Shown piece after piece: positions 16,352-25,020 of a DNA stretch of 64,000 bases. Under the pieces are notes generated by a model that worked only from the letters and a program-made list of their open reading frames with translations, ran no database searches and was not told the origin of the DNA. Origin of the DNA: Promethearchaeota archaeon (GTDB taxonomy: Archaea > Asgardarchaeota > Thorarchaeia > Thorarchaeales > Thorarchaeaceae); contig JBHLOX010000001.1 of assembly GCA_048940045.1 (NCBI GenBank), forward strand, positions 33,598-97,597, in the 5' to 3' direction. The translations under genes and the position numbers were made by a program. The stretch's first letter is position 1, and each line of letters starts with the position of its first letter.

Positions 16352-18655
16352 CTAGACCTTCTTGCCTTCTTGCATCTTGCGAGCCTCTCGCCACATGACC
16401 TCAGCAAGCACAGTGAACATATCCGCTACACCCTCACCGGTCTTTGCTGATGATTCCATGTAGAGGAAGCCATTGTCCTCTGCCCAGCGCTTTGCCTCAT
16501 CAGATGGGACTGCGCGGTCTGGTAAGTCTGTCTTGTTTCCAACACAGACCATGGGCACTCGGGCTCCAATGGACTCATCTGCTTCCTGCACCCACTTCGA
16601 CAACTCAGTGAATGAGCGACGCCGCGTGACATCGTACACCAGGATTATCCCTGCTGCTCCCGAATAGTACATCTTCCGGACAGCCTTGAACCGGGCTTGG
16701 CCTGCAACGTCCCACGCCTGCAGTTTGATTCCAGTGGCATACTCCTTCTCGGGAGGTGAAATGTGAGTCAGTTTGACAGCGAACTGACTCCCAATAGTAG
16801 TCTTATAGTCCCGCTCGAACACTCCAGTGACATAACGGTTCACAAGGGTTGTCTTTCCGACTGCACCCTCTCCGATGACCATTGTCTTAAACAGGAACTG
16901 ATAGGAATCAGGTGCGGTTCCAGGTTGCGGAGCCTTTGGTCGTCGGGTCCGAATTTCAGCGACAAGTTGACTCTCAGTGTCAGACACAACAGCAGTCGTT
17001 ACTGTTTCAGCTGGGGTCGGTTCTGCTGCGAGTGCCTCAATGTCGTCAATCTCAGACAGTGCAGCACCAGTTTCTTCCGCACCAAAGAGTTTGTCAAGAA
17101 GCTCTTCTGCAGCTCTTAGTGACTCAGAGCCATCATCAGCCATAGTGGTCTGTAGAATCTCAGCTGCCTTTTCCTTGGCCTCAGTCCCTTTAAAACCGGT
17201 ACCCACAACAGGACCGAATGGAGATTCTTCGACAACTTCAGGGGGCTCATAGGTTTCAGTAGGTTCTACAGTGACTGGAGCAATTGCGGCTGGAGCAGCC
17301 ACTGCTGCACCCTTCTCAACAAGAATAGCTGTTTCTGGTGTTGTGACCTGTAGGACCTTACCAGTGACATCAGTCCACATCAGGACAATAGGGCGTACAA
17401 TCACTGTACCCTCTTCCCTTGGTGTCATCTTGATTTCAGCAAACTTGCTCTCTCCTGGAGCAAGATCAAAACGAAGTTGCTGTGGATCGACATCCATGTG
17501 ATCCTTCGGGAACCAGTAGATCTTACCTGCAATACCATTGATTGGTTGGTTACTCACATTGTACACAGTGACCTTTCCTTTGAGCTCTGCACCAGTCTTT
17601 GTTTCAGGGCTCACCTCAAAGGTTGGAATAATCTTGTAGAGGCCTTCGATGACCTTCAACGGGCCATCAGAAACGCCAACCTGAACCTCTTTTCGCCCAT
17701 CTCCACCAGCATCACCAACATTGATCGAGAGTATCTTCTTTCCAATGTCAACTGATGCCAACTGGTTGAGGTCGGCCATATGAAGGCTGTAGAAGTTGAT
17801 TTTGAAATCAGAAGTAGCCACAACAATTTCATCTTGGTGGTCCGCGTTGAGCTCTTCTATCCGAACTGAGAGTGCGTTCACGTTCTCGAGTTTGGAGAAC
17901 AAGTCCAGTTTGCTCTCTTCATTTCTATAGATACGAACAGAACCATCGTGTGTGACTACTCCAAGCTCCATCTTCCTGTCACCCAACACGTCGCCAGCCG
18001 CTAGAGATATGACAGGACTTGGTAGTTGGATGACTTCAATCTGGTCGACTGACTGGTCGCGTACTTTGAATATCCTAAGTGTCCGGTCTCTATTCCCAGT
18101 GACTATCTCCTCAATCTCATCGCCAATCACATCACAAGTTCCAATGGCGATGGGCATGTCGTCGAGCTGATGGTTCACAAATTGTTTGAGGTTATTCGCT
18201 GAGTCCATCTGGAAGATTCTCAATGTCGAATCACTGCCACCAACAAGAATCTCGTTCTTCTCGTCGCCAGTCACGTCGGTGACATAGACGGTTGTGACAA
18301 AACGGTCAACAGGGTATTCGGCCAACACCTCGAGTCGCCCGCTAGGAGCATAGCGGTAGACCTGGATAGTTCCAGCTTCACCAGGGTTCTCACTACCTCC
18401 GATTGCACGACCAATGACTAGTTCCATCTGTCCATCGTTGTTGGCATCGGCAATCTTGATGGAGAGTATACTTCCTCCAACATCATGTTGTGCTAGAAAC
18501 ACAATTTCACTCTTGTTTGCATCATAAAGACGGAGAACACCATCACGGCCACCGGTACATAGTTCTGCGGTACCATTTCCAGTGACATCTCCAACTGCAA
18601 TTGCGCTCGTGCTTTCTTCATCCTCTATTTCGAACAGAACTTTTGGTGATCCCAA
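16352..18655 (-). CDS. Multidomain protein: 7-bladed FG-GAP/VCBS-like beta-propeller, beta-sandwich, acidic low-complexity linker, C-terminal Rab/Ras-like small GTPase
   Basis: Seven repeats of the type GDVTGNGTAELCTGGRDGVLRLY span aa 1-340 (nt 17636-18655). A beta-rich module spans aa 343-447 (nt 17315-17629), and an A/E/T/P-rich linker follows. The GTPase occupies aa 585-767 (nt 16355-16903) with G1 GEGAVGKT, G2 TIGSQF, G3 WDVAGQARF, G4 GNKTD and G5 SSAK. Confidence 0.85.
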   Translation of the reverse strand: MGSPKVLFEIEDEESTSAIAVGDVTGNGTAELCTGGRDGVLRLYDANKSEIVFLAQHDVGGSILSIKIADANNDGQMELVIGRAIGGSENPGEAGTIQVYRYAPSGRLEVLAEYPVDRFVTTVYVTDVTGDEKNEILVGGSDSTLRIFQMDSANNLKQFVNHQLDDMPIAIGTCDVIGDEIEEIVTGNRDRTLRIFKVRDQSVDQIEVIQLPSPVISLAAGDVLGDRKMELGVVTHDGSVRIYRNEESKLDLFSKLENVNALSVRIEELNADHQDEIVVATSDFKINFYSLHMADLNQLASVDIGKKILSINVGDAGGDGRKEVQVGVSDGPLKVIEGLYKIIPTFEVSPETKTGAELKGKVTVYNVSNQPINGIAGKIYWFPKDHMDVDPQQLRFDLAPGESKFAEIKMTPREEGTVIVRPIVLMWTDVTGKVLQVTTPETAILVEKGAAVAAPAAIAPVTVEPTETYEPPEVVEESPFGPVVGTGFKGTEAKEKAAEILQTTMADDGSESLRAAEELLDKLFGAEETGAALSEIDDIEALAAEPTPAETVTTAVVSDTESQLVAEIRTRRPKAPQPGTAPDSYQFLFKTMVIGEGAVGKTTLVNRYVTGVFERDYKTTIGSQFAVKLTHISPPEKEYATGIKLQAWDVAGQARFKAVRKMYYSGAAGIILVYDVTRRRSFTELSKWVQEADESIGARVPMVCVGNKTDLPDRAVPSDEAKRWAEDNGFLYMESSAKTGEGVADMFTVLAEVMWREARKMQEGKKV

Positions 18656-18841
18656 GTCAGCAACCTTCCTGTGATAATGCCGTTTATGGTATTCACTATT
18701 ATTTACACATGCCTTGTGCAGATATTGATTGCATCAGGGGCCTTTTTTTACTTTGCTGGGTTGACCTCCACCACATACTATGACGCGTCAACAGCGTAGC
18801 ATTTAACAGATTGAGCTATTCCAGTTACATTGGTAACAAAA

Positions 18842-19642
18842 ATGCCCAAACTCTCAGTTCGAAACCTCTCAAAATCATACCCAAATGGAGACTCAGATGA
18901 TGTAATAGAGGTGCTTGATGACATCTCTTTTGATGTTCATGAAGGCGAACTGCTGGGGATTGTTGGACCAAGCGGATGCGGGAAGACCACGCTATTGAAG
19001 ATCATAGCTGGCCTGCTTGAACCAGACAAGGGGCAGGTCTTCATTGATGAAAAAGAAGTCCACCCAGGTCACAATAGAGTAGGGTATATTTTCCAACAGG
19101 AGTCACTCTTCCCCTGGAGAACAGTACGACAGAATATCCAGTTTGGACTAGAGGTGGCAGGAGTTGATTCATCTGAGATGCGAGCGCGAGTGGACGAGAT
19201 CATCAAGATTGTGGGCATGGGTGGTCTCGAGGATAACTATCCTCACGAGATCTCAGGAGGGCAAGCCAGAAAGACAGAGATGGCCCGAAGTCTTGTGGTA
19301 TCTCCAGACATTCTGGTTGCCGATGAGGCTTTGTCCAACTTGGACGCACAGACAAGAAACTATCTCCAAGAAGAGTTCCTCCGGGTCCAGAAACAGACGG
19401 GGTCAACTATCGTCTTTGTTTCGCACAACGTTGATGAAGCAGTCTTCATGTCTGACAGGATTCTGATTATGAGTAATATCCCAGGAAAGATACTTGCAGA
19501 GTATGAGGTCGATGTACCTAAACCAAGGATAAGAACCTCTCCTGAGTGTTTGGCCTATCGTAGTGACATCCTAGAAGTTCTCAAGGTGGAACAGGAGAAA
19601 GCGATGAGTCGCTCTAGACCGAGACAGTCTGCCTCCACTTGA
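18842..19642 (+). CDS. ABC transporter ATP-binding protein (NitT/TauT nitrate/sulfonate/taurine family)
   Basis: Walker A GPSGCGKTTL, signature ISGGQARK and Walker B ILVADEALSNLD. The ORF is open from TTG 18830. Confidence 0.85.
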   Translation: MPKLSVRNLSKSYPNGDSDDVIEVLDDISFDVHEGELLGIVGPSGCGKTTLLKIIAGLLEPDKGQVFIDEKEVHPGHNRVGYIFQQESLFPWRTVRQNIQFGLEVAGVDSSEMRARVDEIIKIVGMGGLEDNYPHEISGGQARKTEMARSLVVSPDILVADEALSNLDAQTRNYLQEEFLRVQKQTGSTIVFVSHNVDEAVFMSDRILIMSNIPGKILAEYEVDVPKPRIRTSPECLAYRSDILEVLKVEQEKAMSRSRPRQSAST

Positions 19643-20453
19643 GAATACGCTTCTCTATGATTAAGAAGAAAAATGTGATGAGAAAGCCAATCAGACCGAT
19701 GAGAAGCATACTGACTATTACGGCTCCTGTATGCCCAATCTGTTGCATTATAAGGACAAGATAACCAAGTCCTAGTCCGCCTCCAATCATCTCAGCTGCA
19801 ACAAGACACATCCATCCAATTCCAAATCCTATCCTTAGGCCTGCGAATATCTCAGGCCCAGCTGATGGTACAACAATCTTTGAAAGAATTTGGAACTCAC
19901 TCGCACCAAATGTCTTCGCTGAGTCGATATGAACAGGTTCAGTTCTCTTGACGCCAGTTGTAGTATTGATGAGAATGGGAAAGAAAGCACCCACCCAAAT
20001 GATGAATATCTGAGCTCCAAGCATGTTCCGATAGAATATAAGAATAGCAAGAGGAATCCATGCTATAGGAGGGATTGGACGCATGGCCTCAACTAAGGGT
20101 CCAAGAATTGCGTCAACTAATCGATATCGCCCGATTGCTATTCCAAGGGGTACGGCCGTTACTACTGCAACGGCGAAGCCAATCGAAACCCTTGTGAGAC
20201 TTACTCTAACATGGTCAATAAGAAAATAACCTTCACTATCACCTTCTATCACGAGTCGAATAAAGGCTGCGATGACCTCCTCCAAGGAAGTTCCTGAAAC
20301 TGTTGAAATAAGATGCCAAAGGAGAACAAGTAGAATGACCGGAATGACAACCTTCAGTAGGATTGTCTGAATTGAATATACTGCAGATTCTTGACCAGTA
20401 GGGGGTATCTTCTGCGGCTCACTTGTTGATTCCATGGAAGTCATTCTGCTCAA
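19614..20453 (-). CDS. ABC transporter permease (NitT/TauT family, SsuC/TauC-like)
   Basis: Six hydrophobic helices and an EAA-like loop region (IDSAKTFGASEFQILSKIVVPSAGPEI). Confidence 0.8.
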   Translation of the reverse strand: MSRMTSMESTSEPQKIPPTGQESAVYSIQTILLKVVIPVILLVLLWHLISTVSGTSLEEVIAAFIRLVIEGDSEGYFLIDHVRVSLTRVSIGFAVAVVTAVPLGIAIGRYRLVDAILGPLVEAMRPIPPIAWIPLAILIFYRNMLGAQIFIIWVGAFFPILINTTTGVKRTEPVHIDSAKTFGASEFQILSKIVVPSAGPEIFAGLRIGFGIGWMCLVAAEMIGGGLGLGYLVLIMQQIGHTGAVIVSMLLIGLIGFLITFFFLIIEKRILKWRQTVSV

Positions 20454-20492
20454 CTAAGCAAGATTTTGTCTCGCTTTTCTGTCTGTCGTTTT

Positions 20493-21488
20493 TTAGCAAC
20501 AGAAAAGGGGGTCTTCAATATAGGTCTTGTTGATGAATCCGTTGAAGAACTCTGTTATATTTTCAGGTGGATTCAGAATCACACCCTCCTGTGTAAGCAG
20601 GAAATCCAGGTATATCTCAAGTCCAGTGACGTTCAGATTATAATCGAAGATGATTCGATTGAAAGCGGTTGTAACAGGAGTTTCATCCATCTCAAGCCAA
20701 TCAATGGCAATGGCAATGGCCTGAAGTGGGTGGGTCACAATCCAGTCAGTTGCCTCTTGGTGTATTTTTGTCACTGTTTCAACAATATCGGGATGTGATG
20801 AGAAAAATGTGTTATCGGTCGCTAAAACACAGCATGGATGGCGAGGCCAGATGTCACCAGATAATATCAAAGGAACCGCTTTTTCCTGGTATTCGGCCAA
20901 AGCGTTGAAAGGCTCCCACACAATGAATGCAGGATTCTCAGGAGTAAGGGAATCAGCCATTAGTGATGGCTGAGTCGACAGCGCAGTTATATTTGAATAG
21001 CTTAAGCCAGATTGATTCAAAGCTAGTCTGAGGAGAAAGTTCTGGACAGTTGAAGGGCCAGGCTGGTAAACTCCTTTACCAACAAGATCAGCAATACTTG
21101 TTATATGTCCTGCATCATATTCTGATTTAGAAACCATTATTGCAGACCCTTCCAGATTTGCTGAAGCAAGGACTGTAATATTGATATTCTGATTCAAACG
21201 CTTAATCAGAGCAGGAGCGGCTCCTAGATATCCCATGTCGATTTGACCACCAGCAAACCCATCCATTTCTAGAGCTCCGTTCCCATATTGTACTAATTCG
21301 ACAAGGAGTCCTTCGCGTTCAAAGTATCCATTTTCAAGTGCAACTCTGAGAGCTAGCTGATGGAGGTCTTTCGAAAGATAGCCCATTCTTACATCGGGTA
21401 CAGGAACAGGATTCCAGAATGCTACTAATGCAACGGAGCCGATCACGACTGCAACTACAACGATGGCGGCAACTTGATTCCGTTCCAA
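20493..21488 (-). CDS. ABC transporter substrate-binding protein (NMT1/THI5-like, SsuA-type)
   Basis: N-terminal membrane anchor followed by the pattern VRMGYLSKDLHQLALRVALENGYFEREGL...GQIDMGYLGAAP, typical of sulfonate/nitrate-type binding proteins. It lies next to the permease. Confidence 0.75.
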   Translation of the reverse strand: MERNQVAAIVVVAVVIGSVALVAFWNPVPVPDVRMGYLSKDLHQLALRVALENGYFEREGLLVELVQYGNGALEMDGFAGGQIDMGYLGAAPALIKRLNQNINITVLASANLEGSAIMVSKSEYDAGHITSIADLVGKGVYQPGPSTVQNFLLRLALNQSGLSYSNITALSTQPSLMADSLTPENPAFIVWEPFNALAEYQEKAVPLILSGDIWPRHPCCVLATDNTFFSSHPDIVETVTKIHQEATDWIVTHPLQAIAIAIDWLEMDETPVTTAFNRIIFDYNLNVTGLEIYLDFLLTQEGVILNPPENITEFFNGFINKTYIEDPLFCC

Positions 21489-21592
21489 CTTCAGCTAACC
21501 TCAAGTTTTCCACGCTAAGAGCACATATGAGGGTTGAGATTGAGGATTCTCAATCCATCAAGTTGATTAGTCGAATTTGGTGATATGATAAT

Positions 21593-21967
21593 ATGTCACT
21601 ACGAAACCGCATTCCAGATCAGCTTAGGATTACTGATGATGTGGTTTCAATCACGATTGAGGAGGACATAGCGGTATACCCAACGAGTGACTATATACTT
21701 CTTGAGATTTCTCACAAAGCTGGAAAAGTCAATATTTCGAAGGTGGCGAATACTATCAGAGGACTTGTCAAGGATGACAAAAGAATGGTGGCGATTCGTG
21801 GATTTGGATTCAAGGGAATTGGTCTTGCTGTCAGAGTGGCTCACGACTTGAAAATACGTGAAAGCAAGTTCATTTACGAGATGACCTTTGATACATTTGA
21901 TGCAATAGACCCAAAATCTGAGCGACCTGTTACAAGTGTTCAGATCATAGTTATGCCACCACAATAG
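21593..21967 (+). CDS. Hypothetical protein, possibly a divergent Alba-fold nucleic-acid-binding protein
   Basis: [42 protein letters not shown]...[11 protein letters not shown] parallels the Alba pattern [36 protein letters not shown]...SRVSTIEIAI. Weak, by eye. Confidence 0.3.
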   Translation: [124 protein letters not shown]

Positions 21968-21986
21968 ATGATCTGGAGGTCTATCC

Positions 21987-22580
21987 ATGATTGCATCAGA
22001 TGACAGGAAGAAGATCCGAGTGAAGTTATCAAAGATTCAATTCCCTGATATTTGTCCAGTCTGTTTGAAAGAACCGGAAGACTTGGTTTTTGTCACTATA
22101 ATGGAGAGAAGGGACTATGATTATGCTTATAGTTCATGGATGAAGGGACAAGACAAAACAGAGGTTGCATTGAATGCAGCAAAGGGAGCGATAGCCTTTA
22201 CAATCCCAACATGCATGCTTCATGGAAGCAAGAGTGTAAGGACTTTCAGAACAAAAATGGTTGCAGCCGTAGGATTCTTTGGTTTATTTTACCCAATTCT
22301 GTACTACTTGCTACAAATCAATGTGGCTGTGGGAATGGCCAGATCCATTCTCGAGCCTCTTCTTGGGCTCGTTGGTACCTTCTCTCTGTTACTCATCTTT
22401 CTACTCTATGGACTTTTCCCACGGGCATTGGAACGAGCCATTCATTTTGATGATGTGAGTCGTGTGAAAGATTGGGTATTGTTACGAATATCAAATCCAG
22501 AGTATCGGCACCAGTTCATGGATCTCAACATGATCAGCGCAGATATTGTCGAGAGTGAACCCACAGAAAATAGAGAATAG
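21987..22580 (+). CDS. Hypothetical membrane protein with an N-terminal CxxC element
   Basis: CPVC near the N-terminus and two or three hydrophobic helices (VAAVGFFGLFYPILYYLL, LLGLVGTFSLLLIFLLYGLF). Confidence 0.4.
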   Translation: MIASDDRKKIRVKLSKIQFPDICPVCLKEPEDLVFVTIMERRDYDYAYSSWMKGQDKTEVALNAAKGAIAFTIPTCMLHGSKSVRTFRTKMVAAVGFFGLFYPILYYLLQINVAVGMARSILEPLLGLVGTFSLLLIFLLYGLFPRALERAIHFDDVSRVKDWVLLRISNPEYRHQFMDLNMISADIVESEPTENRE

Positions 22581-22649
22581 CACATTGGTAACCTTCAATA
22601 GCAAGCAGCATCAAGTAACGAAAATAATCACGAGGTCATTGATTTGAGA

Positions 22650-23840
22650 ATGAAGCGTGTAGTTGTCACCCCTTTGATAGTCTTTCTAATTGTGTTATCA
22701 GCTACAGGTAGTTTCGCTGTAATGCAGAGTCATTTCTATTTAAAATCCATCAAGGTGACCCCAGTACATTCTAATAATCTAGCCCAGCTCGAAACACGTG
22801 ACCCAATTCATATCGGAGCAAACTCAGATTTTGCACTTGTAGGAGCGACGGGCGTTGGCACTCCCTCGGATCCTTACAGATTTGAGAATCTAACAATTGC
22901 CTCAAATGCCACCTGCATAATTGTTGAAAATACAACAGCACACTTTGTCATTTCCAACTGCAGGCTCGAAACTTTTGGTGCTTCTGGAGCCATAACATTC
23001 TCAAATGTGGAAAATGGAAGGGTCGTGAGCTGTGAGGTGGCAAATGCGGCATTTGGCATCACCGTCATAGATTCGCTTAATGTGAGCTTAGAGAATACCA
23101 CAATTTATGGCTCGAGTTATGGAATCGCTTTGAATGGGGTAGCAAATGCAACCATTGTTGATTGTACTATATTCTACAACTATAGAGGCGTTGTCTTGGA
23201 TCGAACAAACCGAAGTCAAGTTCGCCACAACACAGTCTATGGGAACATGCAGCTTGGGATTCAAATCGGATTTTCCTCGCATAATAATTCAATCTATGGA
23301 AATTCGATTGGATGGAATGTAATGAATGCTATTGATACTGGTGCTGACAATTACTTCGATGATAATGTCAGTATTGGAAACCGTTGGTCTGATTTCAATG
23401 AATCAGAATCGTATGTGATAACTGGAACAGCTAATTCTGTGGACTCATTTGCACAACTTCTCGAGGATAATGTCGCCCCTTATCTGATGCCCATTTATGA
23501 CGTGGCGATAGATATTGATAGTGTTGGCAACACATTGACTTGGTTGGCACACGATGAGTTTCCAAGGTCATATAAAATACAGGAAAATCAAGTGGACAAG
23601 GTAATTTCCGTCTGGACAGGGGGAGATGTTAGTTATGGAGTTGATCATCTCATGATTGGGACCTATAACGTAACTATCATCTTAACTGATGGGGCTCAAC
23701 ATGAGGCTTCAGACGAGGTTCTCGTTTCGGTTGCGTCACGCATCTTAGGCGGTATTGGGACTGAGCTTGTTATGATAGCCTCTGGAATAACTGCGGCTAG
23801 TTTTGGTATTGTAGTGATTTTGAGTAAGAGATTGTCTTAA
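22650..23840 (+). CDS. Secreted, membrane-anchored right-handed parallel beta-helix protein (NosD/PbH1-like), paralog A
   Basis: It has an N-terminal signal/anchor and a C-terminal TM helix. Repeated N/G-rich beta-helix rungs are present (IVENTTAHFVISNC, TFSNVENGRVVSCEV, ITVIDSLNVSLENTTIYG, IALNGVANATIVDC, VVLDRTNRSQVRHNTVYGN). There are many N-x-S/T sequons, plus a GNRWSD motif shared with 54523-55791. Confidence 0.7.
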   Translation: MKRVVVTPLIVFLIVLSATGSFAVMQSHFYLKSIKVTPVHSNNLAQLETRDPIHIGANSDFALVGATGVGTPSDPYRFENLTIASNATCIIVENTTAHFVISNCRLETFGASGAITFSNVENGRVVSCEVANAAFGITVIDSLNVSLENTTIYGSSYGIALNGVANATIVDCTIFYNYRGVVLDRTNRSQVRHNTVYGNMQLGIQIGFSSHNNSIYGNSIGWNVMNAIDTGADNYFDDNVSIGNRWSDFNESESYVITGTANSVDSFAQLLEDNVAPYLMPIYDVAIDIDSVGNTLTWLAHDEFPRSYKIQENQVDKVISVWTGGDVSYGVDHLMIGTYNVTIILTDGAQHEASDEVLVSVASRILGGIGTELVMIASGITAASFGIVVILSKRLS

Positions 23841-24151
23841 CATAGTTCGTTGATTGCCGATTTTTCTTGCGTGGAAGGAGTAGTTAATATTCATCATTAC
23901 TACGTATATGGGGTGTTTCCGTTTCGATTCGAGGTCGACCGATTGGAACACGGATTTGTTAAGCGTTCTCCTCACGGTCCCGGAAAAGCTGGAGAGATGT
24001 CGACCCATGTGCCGCGCATATGCTCTCCAGCAATACACTCTCGCCTTTTCATGGTCATACATTTTCCAAAGATAGGTCCAAGCCACTAAATACATAAGCA
24101 GCCCACAGAGAGGCCCCCCTGCATACTCTCCCAATGTAGGTGAGATTGACA

Positions 24152-24727
24152 ATGGCGATGGATTTCGCAAAAGGAATTACTGAATTTCGCTGGCACGGTC
24201 GCGGCGGCCAAGGTGTGGTCACCAGCAACCAGATGCTAGGCAAAGCCGCTCTCGCTGAAGGCAACTATATCCAGGCATTTCCAGAGTTTGGCCCAGAGAG
24301 AACTGGAGCACCAGTGAGGGCGTTCTTGAGAATCAGTAAGGAACCCATCCAGGTGTACGCACAGGTGTACAATCCGGATGTGGTGGTCTGTATTGACCCC
24401 ACCTTACTTGATGTTGTGAATCCTGCCGAGGGTCTCAAGGAAGATGGCATTCTGGTCGTCAACAGTGACAAGGAACCGCAAGCCATCAGGGACAAGCTTG
24501 GTTTCAAGGGTGGCAAGGTTGTCACCGTTGATGCCAGCACTATTGCGATGGAGGTTATGGGTCGACCATTCTATAACATGCCCACCATGGCAGCAGCTGT
24601 CAAAGTCACAGGTATAGTGGCGGTTGACACAGTCATCAATGAAGTCCTCGAAAGATACCCCGGCAAGGTAGGAGACTTGAACAAAGTCGCAATTGAAAGA
24701 GCTGTGAAGGAGGCTAAAGTCGGATGA
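24152..24727 (+). CDS. porG: Pyruvate/2-oxoacid:ferredoxin oxidoreductase, gamma subunit
   Basis: FRWHGRGGQGVVTSNQMLGKAALAEG. It is first in a 4-gene overlapping operon. The ORF is open from GTG 24140; ATG 24152 has aggtga upstream. Confidence 0.9.
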   Translation: MAMDFAKGITEFRWHGRGGQGVVTSNQMLGKAALAEGNYIQAFPEFGPERTGAPVRAFLRISKEPIQVYAQVYNPDVVVCIDPTLLDVVNPAEGLKEDGILVVNSDKEPQAIRDKLGFKGGKVVTVDASTIAMEVMGRPFYNMPTMAAAVKVTGIVAVDTVINEVLERYPGKVGDLNKVAIERAVKEAKVG

Positions 24728-25020
24728 GTGAGAAGTACAACGAGATCCCTATTGCTGGCAATATTATCGAGCCTGGCAATTCTAAGAAGTACAAGACGGG
24801 TGGGTGGCGTGCTGAACGTCCAATCCACAGCGACGAAAAGTGTCTCTGGATAAAGAACGGCACATGTGGTCGATGCTGGATATTCTGTCCCGACATGGCA
24901 GTTGTTCTGACAGAGAAGGATGGAAAGTACTCCTATGCATACAACTACGATTACTGTAAAGGATGCGGAATTTGTGCAACAGAATGTCCCACTGACAGCA
25001 TTCACATGGAGAAGGAGTGA
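24724..25020 (+). CDS. porD: Pyruvate/2-oxoacid:ferredoxin oxidoreductase, delta subunit (2x[4Fe-4S])
   Basis: Cys clusters CGRCWIFCP and CKGCGICATECP. The size is 98 aa. Confidence 0.9.
   Translation: MSEKYNEIPIAGNIIEPGNSKKYKTGGWRAERPIHSDEKCLWIKNGTCGRCWIFCPDMAVVLTEKDGKYSYAYNYDYCKGCGICATECPTDSIHMEKE

Noticed and set aside
23745-24170. 141-aa minus-strand ORF spanning the 300-nt intergenic region upstream of porG.
   Set aside because: It overlaps the 3' end of the beta-helix gene and the 5' end of porG. Its composition is odd (Arg/Tyr/Trp/Cys-rich) and it has no start context. The region is more likely the por promoter/5' leader. A 9-bp stem (23988-23996/24023-24031) is present, but with a 26-nt loop and no further support.
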